A stretch of DNA of 64,000 nucleotides from Acidimicrobiia bacterium (GTDB taxonomy: Bacteria > Actinomycetota > Acidimicrobiia > Spongiisociales > ZC4RG35): NCBI GenBank assembly GCA_035544575.1, contig DATKEC010000115.1, positions 22,835 through 86,834 of the forward strand, written 5' to 3'. Made by a program: the position numbers and the translations under genes. The notes under the pieces are model-generated. The model saw only the letters and a program-made list of their open reading frames with translations. It ran no database searches and was not told the origin of the DNA. Within the stretch, counting starts at the first letter, position 1. Every line of letters starts with the position of its first letter. Of this stretch, positions 30,892-41,524 are shown piece by piece.

Positions 30892-32339
30892 CCGGCCATC
30901 GACGATGCCAGCTCCACGAGCGTCCGGACCCCGTAGCCCGTTCCGCCCTTGAGGATGTAATGCTCGGTGTCCTCGACATATGCCGGTCCGGCGATGTCGA
31001 TGTGGACCCAGGGCTTGTCCTTGACGAACTCCTCGAGGAACAGCGCCGCCCCGATCCCCCCGCCGTATCGGATCCCGAAGGTGTTTTTCACATCGGCCAC
31101 GCTCGACTCATTCCACTTGCGGTAATCGGCAGGCATCGGCAGGGTCCATGCCCTCTCGCCGGCGCTGTCGGCGGCATGCTGCACACGGTGGGCGAGGTCG
31201 TCGTCCCGGGCGTAGATCCCGGCGATCTTCGGACCGAGCGCCACCTTCGTCGCTCCGGTCAACGTGGCGACGTCGACGATCAGGTCGCACTCGGTCTCCG
31301 AGGCGAGACAGAGGGCGTCGGCCATGACCAGCCTCCCCTCGGCGTCGGTGTTGCCCACCTCGACCGTCGTCCCGTTGCGGTACGTGATGACGTCGGACGG
31401 ACGCTGGGCGCCGCCTCCGAGGAGGTTCTCGGCGAGCGCCAGGTAGGCGGTCACTTTCGTCTTGACGCCGAGACGAGCGATCGCCACGACGGCCGCCGCC
31501 ACCGCCGCGGCTCCGGCCATGTCCGACTTCATGGTCGCCATGAACTCCGAGGACTTGATGTTCAAACCGCCGGAGTCGAAGACGATCCCTTTGCCGATGA
31601 GCACGAGGTGGGCCTTGGCTCGGCGCGGCGTGTACTCGAGCCGCATCATCGCCGGGACCCGTTCAGACCCGCCGCCCACTGCCAGGAGCCCGGTCATGCC
31701 GTGGTCGACCAACTCGTCGCCCGACCAGATCTCATATGCGATTCCGGCACGCGCCGCAACGGATCCCACTCGCTCGGCCAAAGCGGCCGGCGCTTGGGTC
31801 TTGGGTGGCTCGTTGACGAGATCCCGAGCGAAGCACACCATCGACACCACCGCCGCGGCGTTCTCGGCGATCGTCGGAAGATCCTTCGGTCCCCCGATGA
31901 GTTCGATCTCCAATGCAGCACGGGCTTCAGCCTTCGACTTGTAGGTTTCGAACACGTAGTCCGCCAGGGCGATCCCCTCGAGTACCGCGCCTGACGCCCC
32001 GTCGAGATCGACTCGATGCAGCGTCGTCGCCACCACCCGAGCCTTCGGCGCCGCTCGCTTACCGGCACCGGCCGCAGCGCGGAGGCCCTCGAGGTCGAGA
32101 TCGGAACCGAGTCCGACGATCACCACCTGCGCCGGCCCGGAACCGGTCGGGTTGGGCAGGGTCGCCGTCTGGCCCGCGTCACCGTCGAAACCGGCCTTCT
32201 CCAAGGCACTGTGTGCCCATCTACCGATCGCCTTCAGTATCGCGTCGGTGCCCGCGGCGGGGCGCCGTCCGGGATACATTCCGACGATGACGGCATCCGC
32301 CGAAGCGGTGGTGAACGACCGAACGTTGCGGGCTTGCAT
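30888..32339 (-). CDS. pepA: Leucyl aminopeptidase (M17)
   Basis: ..NTDAEGRLVMADAL.. and ..ATLTGA.. M17 motifs; start at MQARNVRSF; the track ORF carries a spurious 183-aa N-terminal extension. Confidence 0.88.
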   Translation of the reverse strand: MQARNVRSFTTASADAVIVGMYPGRRPAAGTDAILKAIGRWAHSALEKAGFDGDAGQTATLPNPTGSGPAQVVIVGLGSDLDLEGLRAAAGAGKRAAPKARVVATTLHRVDLDGASGAVLEGIALADYVFETYKSKAEARAALEIELIGGPKDLPTIAENAAAVVSMVCFARDLVNEPPKTQAPAALAERVGSVAARAGIAYEIWSGDELVDHGMTGLLAVGGGSERVPAMMRLEYTPRRAKAHLVLIGKGIVFDSGGLNIKSSEFMATMKSDMAGAAAVAAAVVAIARLGVKTKVTAYLALAENLLGGGAQRPSDVITYRNGTTVEVGNTDAEGRLVMADALCLASETECDLIVDVATLTGATKVALGPKIAGIYARDDDLAHRVQHAADSAGERAWTLPMPADYRKWNESSVADVKNTFGIRYGGGIGAALFLEEFVKDKPWVHIDIAGPAYVEDTEHYILKGGTGYGVRTLVELASSMAG

Positions 32340-32414
32340 CGAGCTCCTCAGGCGATTGTCGGCCAGGATACGAGCAGATGCACCTCCCTCGACCCACCGG
32401 GGACGTGGTGCGGA

Positions 32415-33230
32415 GTGAACGTCCGCACGGCGATCATCTCCTTGCTGGTCGGCACGTTCGTGCTCGTGGCGCTCGTCTGGACCTTCCAACGGCGGTTGAT
32501 CTACTTCCCGGCGGCGCTCACCCCCACCGCCGTTCCATCCGGGGTCGAAGCCGTCTCGTACACCACCGAGGACGGTGTCACGCTTGACGCCTGGTACCTG
32601 GCCGCGGCAGACGAAACCCATGGGACGGTGATCGTCTTCAACGGGAATGCCGGGAACCGCGCCGGCCGCCAGCCGCTCGGCGAGGCACTGCGCGTCAACG
32701 GCTTCTCGGTGCTGCTCACCGATTACCGGGGGTACGGCGGCAACCCCGGTCGGCCCACCGAACAAGGGCTGGCGGCGGACGCCCGGGCGGCGCTGGCCTA
32801 CGTGCGCGGCCGCTCGGACACAGTCCCGGATGCGATCTTCTACTTCGGGGAGTCGCTCGGGGCAGCCGTGGCGATCGGGCTCGCACACGACGATCCCCCC
32901 GCCGCGCTGGTCCTGCGGTCGCCGTTCACCTCACTGATCGACATCGCCGGCACGCACTACCCGTTTCTCCCCGCCTCGATCCTGCTGAGGGACCGATATC
33001 CCAACCTCGACCTGATCGGCGCCATCGATGTCCCGCTCTTGGTGGTGGCCGGCACGTTGGATCAGATCGTGCCGATCGACCAGAGCAGGCGGGTCCTGGA
33101 AGCGGCCGCCGGATTCGCTCGGCTGCTGGAACTGCCGGATGCCGATCACAACGACGCTGAGCTCGCCTCCGGGGACCGCATGATCGCCGAGGTAACCGGG
33201 TTCCTCGTCGGCAATGTCCCCCGAAAGTGA
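32415..33230 (+). CDS. Alpha/beta-fold hydrolase
   Basis: N-terminal TM helix, GESLGAAVA nucleophile elbow, and C-terminal D..H. Confidence 0.7.
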   Translation: MNVRTAIISLLVGTFVLVALVWTFQRRLIYFPAALTPTAVPSGVEAVSYTTEDGVTLDAWYLAAADETHGTVIVFNGNAGNRAGRQPLGEALRVNGFSVLLTDYRGYGGNPGRPTEQGLAADARAALAYVRGRSDTVPDAIFYFGESLGAAVAIGLAHDDPPAALVLRSPFTSLIDIAGTHYPFLPASILLRDRYPNLDLIGAIDVPLLVVAGTLDQIVPIDQSRRVLEAAAGFARLLELPDADHNDAELASGDRMIAEVTGFLVGNVPRK

Positions 33231-33265
33231 GGCGTGCCGCCACCGGCCACACCAGGATTGCTCGG

Positions 33266-33706
33266 ATGTATGAGGCGATGTTGGAAGTGGCAAAGACCGA
33301 GGCCCGCAGCGGGCGGGACTCCGGTGGCATCCCGATCGGTGCCGCGCTCTTCGGACCAGACCGCGAGTTGTGGGGAGCGGGTCACAACCGGCGCGTGCAG
33401 GACGGTGATCCGACGATCCACGGCGAAACCGCGGCCTTCCGAGCAGCAGGACGGCGGCGCAGCTACCGCGGCACGACGATGGCCACGACGTTGTCCCCGT
33501 GCTGGTACTGCTCGGGTCTGATACGACAGTTCGGAATTTCGAGGGTCGTCATCGGAGAAGCCACGACATTCGTCGGCGGTCACGAGTGGCTGGCAGCTCA
33601 CGGAGTCGAGATCATCGTCCTCGACGATGCCGATTGCATCGAGATGATGCGCGACTACGAGGCTGCCCACCCCGACGTGTGGGCCGAGGACATCGGCGCG
33701 GACTGA
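33266..33706 (+). CDS. CMP/dCMP-type zinc deaminase (tRNA adenosine or guanine deaminase-like)
   Basis: HGETAA ... SPCWYC zinc-binding motifs. Confidence 0.75.
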   Translation: MYEAMLEVAKTEARSGRDSGGIPIGAALFGPDRELWGAGHNRRVQDGDPTIHGETAAFRAAGRRRSYRGTTMATTLSPCWYCSGLIRQFGISRVVIGEATTFVGGHEWLAAHGVEIIVLDDADCIEMMRDYEAAHPDVWAEDIGAD

Positions 33707-33716
33707 CGGCTGGCCC

Positions 33717-36557
33717 CTACCGCGCCAGCCAGTCACGCGCTCGAGTCAGAAACGCTCGCGGCGTCATAGCTGCCCCCTCGGCCCGCAGCCGTGCCGCCTC
33801 CTGGGCACCGAGCACCGCGACAAGCCGGGAGGCCATCTCCTCGAGAACTGATGTCCGGGGGATCACTGATTCGACGGGGAATTCGACGGACTCGGCGCGT
33901 CCCAGCGCCACCGTCGCCTCGAGGTACCGGTCGGCGGCGTCCAGGGCGATCGCGATCGCATCGAGGGTGCGCGGCAGCGCGATCTCGTGCATCGGCAGTT
34001 GATCGAAGCGATCGATGACCTCGACGAGGCGGGTTTGTGCGCTCTCAACGATCCCGAGTGCCGCTTCTGACTGGGACAGAGCCCGGATCGAGGTGGCCCA
34101 GCAGAAGACATCGCCGAGGTCATCGAGTTGGTCGGCTGCCTGTGTGAGATGGATCGCGGCCTCCTCGGGCTGATCGCGCAGCTTCAGGATCATCCCGAGG
34201 TTCATCCGGGCATGGGCTTGCCAGTGTTCGGCCCGAACCTCTTCGAAGATCTCCACCGCCCTGCGGAGATCAGCGACGCTGCGGTCACTGACGAATCCGT
34301 GCCCGCCGATGCCCTCGAAGAGAGAGGCGCCGAGCATCGCCCGATCACCAATGCGCTCGAAGCTGGTCGTCGCTACCTCCGAGTGCTCGCGCACCTGCTC
34401 ATCGGTGGTGGGTAGGTACGCACTCAGGATCAAGTTCACGAATGCCGTGTCCCACGCCGGTTCCCACCATCGCGGCTCCGGAGCCTCGGCCAGCACGCCT
34501 CGGGCGTCGACGAGATGCCCGAGGTACTCGGGATCCGTGGTGGCGTGTCTGATCGCGGCGCCGACCGCCAGTTCCATGCGACCGATCGCGTTCGGGTCCC
34601 TCGATTGCTGTGCCAGTTCCAGGCCGCGGCGCGCGTGCTCGATCGCCGCCGGACTGGTGATCTCTGCTCCCATGAGCGCTGTCACGTGCCAGACCTTGAT
34701 CCGACCGAGCAGCTCGGCCGGTTCCGAACGCTCGAGACCTTTCAGACAGGTGTCGATCGCCTCCAGTTGCAAACCGGAGTGCACCCAGTACACGAACAGG
34801 TCGAAAGCCATCGAGAAGTAGTTGTCGAGGCGGTTCGAAGCCAGCAGCGTTTCGAACGCAAGGCGGATGTTGTCGTAGTCGGCATCGATCTGGTGATCCC
34901 ACTCGACCTGGGCGGGACCCCGGGTGTATGGGGCCGCCACGGCGACCCAGGCGACGAAGTGACTGGCGTGGGCATCCTGCACCTCCGCCACCTCACCCGC
35001 CTCCTCCAGACGGCGACCGGCGTATTGCCGGATCGGTTCCAGCATGCGAAAGCGAACAGCGTGCTCGTGCCGCACCGGCACGACCAGCGACTTGTCCACC
35101 AACGAGTCGAGCAGATCGAGTACATCGCCGGAACCGGGCTTCCCCACCGCTTCGGCGGCTGCGAGGTCGAAGCCCCCGCGGAACACGGACACACGACGGA
35201 ACAGCTCGCGCTCAGCAGACGCCAGCAGATCATGGGACCAATCGATGGTTGCCTCGAGCGTGCGGTGGCGAGGCAACGTCGACTTCGTCGAGCCCGTCAG
35301 AATCTGAAACGACTCGTCGAGTCTGGCGGCGAGTTCCGTCGCAGAGAGACTTCTCAGCCGAGCCGCCGCCAGCTCGACACCCAGCGGGATTCCGTCGAGC
35401 CGTCGACAGATTCGTTCGATCGCGCGCCGGTCCTCCGGCCCGGGATCGAAGTCAGCCACCGAACTCGCCGCCCGGTCGAGGAAGAGCTTCACCGAGTCGG
35501 CCGTGCCCGAGCCGCCCTCATCGGGCACGCCGAGAGGCGGAACCGCCAACAACGACTCCCCCTCGATACCGAGAGACTCGCGCGACGTCGCCATCACGCG
35601 CACATTCGGGGCTCCCTCCAGGATCAGGCGGATGTCCGAGGCCGCTCCCTCGAGCACGTGCTCGCAATTGTCCACGATCAGCAGCAGCTGGCGTGACCAG
35701 AGATGGCGAACGACCACTTCCTCGATCGATGCGTGCTCACCGGGACGAAGCGAGAACACGTCACCGATGGCTGTCATCACCAGCGCGGGAGACGAGAGGG
35801 TCGCCAACTCGACGATCCAGACGCCGTCGGCGAACGAAGAGAGCGAGACTCGGCCTGACTCGACGGCAAGCCGGGTCTTGCCGGTGCCACCGGCCCCGGC
35901 GAGAACGACCAGCCGGGCCGACTCCAGCCGCCGGGTGATCTCTGCCAGCTCGCGTTCGCGCCCCACGAACGACGAAAGAGGCTCGCCGAGATTGGTGGGC
36001 TGGATCCGCGGTGTGCGGAGTTCCGCGGTGACCGCCCAGGGATGAGACACCTCGAAGAGGCGCTCGGCCTCGGACATGCCCGACAGGCGGTGTGCCCCAC
36101 GATCGATGAGGTCGACCCCACCGCCGATCCGCGACTTCAAGAGCTCCGTGGTGACCGACGAGACCAGCACCTGGCCGCCGTTCCCAGCCGTCATGACACG
36201 GGCTGCACGATTCAGCGTCGGACCGAAGTAGTCGCCGTCCCGTTCGTCGGCGGTGCCGGTGTGGATCCCCATGCGCACCCGGATGGGCGGTCCCGGCCAT
36301 TGTGCCGACATCAGCCGGCGCTGGATCTCGACCGAGGCATCGAGTGCATCACCGGGGTGCTGAAACGCGATGGCGAAGGCATCGCCGGCCGTCGAGAACA
36401 CGTACCCGCCGTGTTCGGATGCGACGTCGCGGCAGAACGAATCGTGCAGCGCGAGACTCGCCGCCATGCCCGACGGGTCGGACTCCCACGCGGACGTCGA
36501 GTCTTCGACATCGGTCATGAGGAACGAAACCACGCCGCTCGGGTATCCAGCAGTCAT
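33717..36557 (-). CDS. Class III nucleotidyl cyclase domain - STAND/AAA ATPase - TPR protein
   Basis: N-terminal cyclase motifs FLMTDVEDST .. STAGDAF .. RMGIHTG .. GPTLNRAARV; Walker A LAGAGGTGKTRLA; long helical TPR-like C-terminus; no HTH detected. Confidence 0.8.
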   Translation of the reverse strand: MTAGYPSGVVSFLMTDVEDSTSAWESDPSGMAASLALHDSFCRDVASEHGGYVFSTAGDAFAIAFQHPGDALDASVEIQRRLMSAQWPGPPIRVRMGIHTGTADERDGDYFGPTLNRAARVMTAGNGGQVLVSSVTTELLKSRIGGGVDLIDRGAHRLSGMSEAERLFEVSHPWAVTAELRTPRIQPTNLGEPLSSFVGRERELAEITRRLESARLVVLAGAGGTGKTRLAVESGRVSLSSFADGVWIVELATLSSPALVMTAIGDVFSLRPGEHASIEEVVVRHLWSRQLLLIVDNCEHVLEGAASDIRLILEGAPNVRVMATSRESLGIEGESLLAVPPLGVPDEGGSGTADSVKLFLDRAASSVADFDPGPEDRRAIERICRRLDGIPLGVELAAARLRSLSATELAARLDESFQILTGSTKSTLPRHRTLEATIDWSHDLLASAERELFRRVSVFRGGFDLAAAEAVGKPGSGDVLDLLDSLVDKSLVVPVRHEHAVRFRMLEPIRQYAGRRLEEAGEVAEVQDAHASHFVAWVAVAAPYTRGPAQVEWDHQIDADYDNIRLAFETLLASNRLDNYFSMAFDLFVYWVHSGLQLEAIDTCLKGLERSEPAELLGRIKVWHVTALMGAEITSPAAIEHARRGLELAQQSRDPNAIGRMELAVGAAIRHATTDPEYLGHLVDARGVLAEAPEPRWWEPAWDTAFVNLILSAYLPTTDEQVREHSEVATTSFERIGDRAMLGASLFEGIGGHGFVSDRSVADLRRAVEIFEEVRAEHWQAHARMNLGMILKLRDQPEEAAIHLTQAADQLDDLGDVFCWATSIRALSQSEAALGIVESAQTRLVEVIDRFDQLPMHEIALPRTLDAIAIALDAADRYLEATVALGRAESVEFPVESVIPRTSVLEEMASRLVAVLGAQEAARLRAEGAAMTPRAFLTRARDWLAR

Positions 36558-36640
36558 CGGCGGGGAGGGTACAGAACATCGGACTCCGGCGGCTGTCGAT
36601 GGATTGTGGGTGCTCCATGTCCGTTTGTAGCCTCGCTCCG

Positions 36641-37084
36641 ATGGCGAAGATCACTCAGCACGTCGACATCACCGCACCGCTCGCCGACGTTTGGCAGGCG
36701 GTGTCGGACCTCGCCACACATGATCGGTGGATGGCCGACGCGGAATCGATCGTGTTCCTGTCCGATGCCCGGTCAGGCGTTGGCACGGTCATGCAGGTCC
36801 GCACGGTGGTCGGGCCTTTCCGCACCACCGACGTGATGGCAGTGACTGAGTGGGACGACGGCCGTGCCATCGGCGTGTCACATGAGGGATTGGTCGAGGG
36901 ATCGGGCCGCTTCACCTTGTCTCCGGTGGCGGGTGCCACGAGGTTCACCTGGACCGAAGAGCTGACGTTCCCTGCGTGGCTGGGGGGCGCGGTGACGGCC
37001 TTCCTCGCCAAGCCGGTGCTCGGCTTGATCTGGCGACGCAACCTGGCGGGCCTGAAGGCCCGCCTCGAAGCGGACAGCTCCTAA
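36641..37084 (+). CDS. SRPBCC (polyketide cyclase/START-like) ligand-binding protein
   Basis: MAKITQHVDITAPLADVWQAVSDL..W.. pattern; about 147 aa. Confidence 0.7.
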   Translation: MAKITQHVDITAPLADVWQAVSDLATHDRWMADAESIVFLSDARSGVGTVMQVRTVVGPFRTTDVMAVTEWDDGRAIGVSHEGLVEGSGRFTLSPVAGATRFTWTEELTFPAWLGGAVTAFLAKPVLGLIWRRNLAGLKARLEADSS

Positions 37085-38391
37085 CGGCGACGCCGACGCC
37101 GACGCCGCTCGGCCTGGCTCACACTCTTGACCTCGGGAGGTGGGGGCGGGGCCCAACCGGTGAGATCGTCCAGGCGTTCGTCGTTGGAGAACATCTTCAC
37201 GATGGGTTCGTTGAGACCGGCCTGGCGCATGATCGTCTTGGCCATGTCGTGCTGGTCCCACTCCACCAATGTGACCACCAATCCCTCCTCGCCCGCCCGG
37301 GCCGTCCGGCCCGATCGGTGAACGTAGACCCGCGGATCGTCCGGCGGCTCGTAGTGGACGACGATGTCGAGACCGTCGATGTGCAGGCCACGGGCGGCCA
37401 CATTGGTGGCGACCAACACCGGCAGGGTGCCGGCGACGAACCGGGAAAGGGTCTTCTCTCTTTGCGCCTGGGGGATGTCGCCGTGGATCGCCGAGGCGTT
37501 GACGTCGGCGTCGCGTAGCGCCTTGGCGAGATAGTCGGCGTCGCGCTTGGTTCGGGTGAACACGATCGTTCGCTGGTACTGCGCCGCGATCCTCGCCACG
37601 ATGTCGGGCTTGTCGACGCGGTGGGCCTCGATGAAACGGTGCACCGACGTCTCCACCATGACCGTGTCGGACTCGACCTCGTGGCTGATCGGATCCGTCA
37701 TGTACTTGTGGACGATGTTTCTCACCTGATAGTCCAGGGTGGCCGAGAAGAGCATCGTGTGATGATTCCCGCCGACGGCCCGCATGATCTTGTGTACCTG
37801 CGGCAGGAAGCCCATGTTCGCCATCTCGTCGGCCTCATCGATCACGACGGTCTCGACAGAGTCGAGAATCGCCGCCTTGCGGTCGACGAGGTCGATCAGG
37901 CGCCCGGGCGTCGCCACCACGACCTCCGCCCCGCCCTTGAGCAAGTCGATCTGGTCGCCCATCGACACCCCGCCGTACACCGAAACCATCTCGAAACCGC
38001 GAGCCGTCACGAAAGGTTCGAGCGCCTCTGCGACTTGCGAGCACAGCTCGCGGGTCGGCACGAGAACGAGGGCGGTCGGGCGCTTGGGAGCGGCGTCCAC
38101 CAGGCGCTCGACGAGAGGCAATCCGAACGCCAGCGTCTTGCCCGAGCCGGTCTTTGCCTTGCCCAGCACATCCAGGCCCTGGAGAGCGTCGGGAATGACC
38201 AGGGTCTGGATCGGGAACGGGGAGGTGATCCCCTGTCTGTTGAGGATCTCGGCGAGATCCGCGGCGATTCCGAGGTCTTGGAAGGTCGTGGTGTCGAGGG
38301 TTTCTTCGGCGGCGGTGGTCACGTTGCTCCTGGCTGGCTGCGATGCTCGATCCCCGGATGGGAGAGCGGCTGGGAGTCCCCAGCTCGCCAT
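37081..38391 (-). CDS. DEAD-box ATP-dependent RNA helicase
   Basis: Q motif, AKTGSGKT, VIDEADEM, SAT and HRSGRTARAG motifs, and an RRRRRR tail. Confidence 0.9.
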   Translation of the reverse strand: MASWGLPAALPSGDRASQPARSNVTTAAEETLDTTTFQDLGIAADLAEILNRQGITSPFPIQTLVIPDALQGLDVLGKAKTGSGKTLAFGLPLVERLVDAAPKRPTALVLVPTRELCSQVAEALEPFVTARGFEMVSVYGGVSMGDQIDLLKGGAEVVVATPGRLIDLVDRKAAILDSVETVVIDEADEMANMGFLPQVHKIMRAVGGNHHTMLFSATLDYQVRNIVHKYMTDPISHEVESDTVMVETSVHRFIEAHRVDKPDIVARIAAQYQRTIVFTRTKRDADYLAKALRDADVNASAIHGDIPQAQREKTLSRFVAGTLPVLVATNVAARGLHIDGLDIVVHYEPPDDPRVYVHRSGRTARAGEEGLVVTLVEWDQHDMAKTIMRQAGLNEPIVKMFSNDERLDDLTGWAPPPPPEVKSVSQAERRRRRRRR

Positions 38392-38483
38392 TCAGGTTAC
38401 CCCCTGACGGGCCTCGACCCAGCATTGGGCATGCTCGGCGACTCCGCGCGTGCGCGGCCACCGGGCCGCTCCTCGCGAACCGC

Positions 38484-39251
38484 TCACTCTCCCTTGAAGT
38501 TCGGCTCCTTCTTCTCGATGAAGGCGGCCACACCTTCACGGGCGTCGTTCGTCCAGAACGACTCCTGGAACGCGGCGGCCTCGATCTCGAGGGCGTCGTG
38601 CATCGGACGACCATGCCCGCCGTTGATCGCCTGCTTGGCGGCGGCGATGCCGAGGGTTGGCCCCGCCGCCCATTTCTTGGCTGCCTTCATCGTCTGGTCG
38701 AACAGTTGATCCGAATCGAACACCCGATCGGCCAGACCGATCGACAGCGCCTCGGCTGCATCGACGAAACGGCCCGTGTAGACGATGTCCTTGCACTTCT
38801 GATATCCGACGAGCCTCTGCAATCGCTGCGTGCCACCCGCCCCGGGGATGATCCCCAGTTTGATCTCCGGTTGACCCACCTGCGCGTCGGTGGCCAAGAA
38901 ACGAAAGTCCGTTCCCATGGCCAGCTCCAACCCGCCGCCGAGGGCGTATCCATGGATGGCTGCCAGAGTCGGCTTCTGAAGCCGTTCGAGACGATCCACC
39001 GCCTTCAGGAGGGTGCCGGCGATCTGCTCGTCGCCACCAGACTCGTAGACGGCCTGAAATCCCTTGATGTCGGCACCGGCCGCGAAGTGCGGCGTTCCGG
39101 TGACGACGACGGCTCTGATCGAGGCGTCCTCGCAGCGCCCGAACGCCTCATGCAGATCCGAGCTCAGTTCCTCTGAGAGCGCGTTGACGGGCGGTCGGTT
39201 GAGCCGGACGACGGCGACCGATCCGTCAGTACTGAAATCGACCAGCGACAT
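38484..39251 (-). CDS. Enoyl-CoA hydratase/isomerase (crotonase)
   Basis: ..AAIHGYALGGGLELAM.. crotonase signature. Confidence 0.85.
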   Translation of the reverse strand: MSLVDFSTDGSVAVVRLNRPPVNALSEELSSDLHEAFGRCEDASIRAVVVTGTPHFAAGADIKGFQAVYESGGDEQIAGTLLKAVDRLERLQKPTLAAIHGYALGGGLELAMGTDFRFLATDAQVGQPEIKLGIIPGAGGTQRLQRLVGYQKCKDIVYTGRFVDAAEALSIGLADRVFDSDQLFDQTMKAAKKWAAGPTLGIAAAKQAINGGHGRPMHDALEIEAAAFQESFWTNDAREGVAAFIEKKEPNFKGE

Positions 39252-39304
39252 CGGGCTTCCTCCAAATGACGGCGACCGGCGACGAGGCTAGCCGTGCCCT
39301 GCTG

Positions 39305-40930
39305 TCAGGTCCGTGCCCGCAGGTCCACTCTCCGGATCTTGCCCGAGACCGTCTTGGGGAGTTCGTCGATGAACTCGACCTGCCGAGGGTACTTGTAGGG
39401 CGCGGTCGTGTCCTTGACGAGAGCCTGGATCTCAGCGGCGAGATCCTCGGACGGTTCGTGGCCGGGACGGAGCACGACAAAAGCCTTCACGACTTCCCCT
39501 CGCTCCGGGTCGGGCACACCGATGCAGGCCACCTCCTGGACCGCGGGGTGTTCCATGATCACGCTCTCGACCTCGAAGGGACCAATGCGATAGCCGGCGG
39601 AGATGATGACGTCATCGGCCCGGGAGACGAACCAGAAGTAGCCCTCCTCGTCGACGTATGCCCGGTCGCCGGTCAAGTAGAAGTCCCCGAGGTGTGCAGC
39701 ACGTGTGGCCTCGGGGTCTCGCCAGTACTCGACGAACAACCCCACCGGCCGATCCGGCTTCACCTTCACGGCGATCTGACCCTCGTTCCCCGGAGGCAGG
39801 GGCCGACCGGCCTCGTCCACGACAAAGACGTCGAAACCGGGCGTCGGTTTGCCGAGGGACCCGGGCTTGATCGGCATGCAGGGATAGTTGGCGAGGAGGT
39901 TCACCGTCTCGGTCTGGCCATAGCCGTCGTGGATCTCGGTGCCCGTCGCCGCCTTCCAGGCGTGAAACGTCTCGGGGTTCAGCGCCTCGCCCGCCGCCAG
40001 GCAGTGCCGGAGCGTGGAGAAGTCGAAACGGGTGAGGTCTCGAGTCACGAAGTTGCGATAGATCGTGGGAGGGGCACAGAAGACGGTCACCCCGTGGTCG
40101 ACGATCATCCGCAGCATCTGATCGAAATCCGGCTTTCCCCGGGCGTTCCATGCCATCACGGCAGCACCCATGGTCCATTGTCCGAAGAGCTTCGACCATG
40201 CAGCTTTCGCCCATCCGGTGTCGGACACGCCCCAGAAGACATCTTCCGGACCGAGGTCCTGCCAGAAACGGGCAGTCACTTGGTGGCCGATGCCGTAGGA
40301 CGCCTGGGTGTGAAGGACCATCTTCGGATTACCCGTCGTCCCGGACGTGAAATAGATCAGCATCGGATCCGACGAAGCGGTCACGTCCGCGGGAAGCGAT
40401 GCGTCCCCGGCGCCGTCGCGGGCGGCATCCCCGTCCACCCAATCTTCGGCCGGTCCTCCCATGACGATCAGCGTTCGCAGGGTCGGACAGGCATCACGGA
40501 TGGAATCCACGACCGCGGCACCGTCGACGTCGGCGACTGCCACCGACGCGCCCGCCTTGTTGATCCGATAGGCGATGTCTTTGCCCTTCAGCTGGGTCGT
40601 CCCCGGCATCGGTATGGCACCGAGCTTGATGGCACCGAGCATCACGTCGTACCAGCCGATGACCCGGGGGAGCATCAAGAAGATCCGGTCGCCCTGGCGG
40701 ACACCGAGCTCCGAAAGCGCCCGACCCATCCGTGTCGACCGTGACGCCAGATCACCGAAGGTGTAGTCCTCGGCTATCGACCCGTCGGGCGAGACCATCC
40801 GCAGCGCCAGCTTGGACGGTTGTTCTGCCGCGCGGCGATCGACCACGTCGACCGCGGCATTGAACCGTTCCGGCACTTCGAGCCGGAACGAGGAGCGGGC
40901 GACATCGTAGTCGGCCATGTTGGCCATCAT
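39305..40930 (-). CDS. AMP-dependent acyl-CoA synthetase
   Basis: ..YFTSGTTGNPKMV.. AMP-binding motif and ..GDRAYVDEEGYFWF.. Confidence 0.85.
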   Translation of the reverse strand: MMANMADYDVARSSFRLEVPERFNAAVDVVDRRAAEQPSKLALRMVSPDGSIAEDYTFGDLASRSTRMGRALSELGVRQGDRIFLMLPRVIGWYDVMLGAIKLGAIPMPGTTQLKGKDIAYRINKAGASVAVADVDGAAVVDSIRDACPTLRTLIVMGGPAEDWVDGDAARDGAGDASLPADVTASSDPMLIYFTSGTTGNPKMVLHTQASYGIGHQVTARFWQDLGPEDVFWGVSDTGWAKAAWSKLFGQWTMGAAVMAWNARGKPDFDQMLRMIVDHGVTVFCAPPTIYRNFVTRDLTRFDFSTLRHCLAAGEALNPETFHAWKAATGTEIHDGYGQTETVNLLANYPCMPIKPGSLGKPTPGFDVFVVDEAGRPLPPGNEGQIAVKVKPDRPVGLFVEYWRDPEATRAAHLGDFYLTGDRAYVDEEGYFWFVSRADDVIISAGYRIGPFEVESVIMEHPAVQEVACIGVPDPERGEVVKAFVVLRPGHEPSEDLAAEIQALVKDTTAPYKYPRQVEFIDELPKTVSGKIRRVDLRART

Positions 40931-41004
40931 GCCCTCCGCGGCGAAGCTTCCATCGACGCCGAGAATATTGGACAGCCAGACGCTGTGTGTCTCCGTGGAG
41001 ACGT

Positions 41005-41380
41005 TCAGTGGCCCGACGCGACCTCGGTCACGTTGGGGCGACGCGCGTCAGAGGCGCGCTGCTCGCTCGGAGCGCTCCAGGACTTCACGACGCGGTAGAC
41101 CGCGTACGTGGCGATCAGTCCGGCCACAGTCAGCATCCCGGCCTTCTTGCGGCGCTTGCGACGCTCCGACGGCAGCAGCGCCAACAAACTCGATCCCGCC
41201 TTGCTGACGGAGTCGCTGATTGCTTTGCCAGCTTCCTTCAGGAGATCTTCGGCATCGTCTTTGCGGTCGGCATACAGGTCCGTTGCCGCTTCGGTCAGAT
41301 CCCCGAGGGCGCGCTCTGCGGCCTTGGTGGCTGCCTCGAGCGCCCGCTCGGTCTTCTTGGTGACGGTATCCACCTTCATG
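41005..41380 (-). CDS. Hypothetical coiled-coil protein with a C-terminal TM anchor
   Basis: MKVDTVTKKTERALEAATKAAERAL.. with GGAGGAG-like SD; RKRRKK then a TM helix. Confidence 0.4.
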
Positions 41381-41524
41381 GCTTTCCTTCTTTCGCCTGG
41401 TGAGTGATACCCAGCGGGCGCGACGTTGACACACGCTTTGCCCGATTTCTTCACGATTTCCTCACGAGTGGCCCACAGCTCCCAGGTATGAACCGCACCG
41501 TGACCGGGTACCTCACCCTCACGC

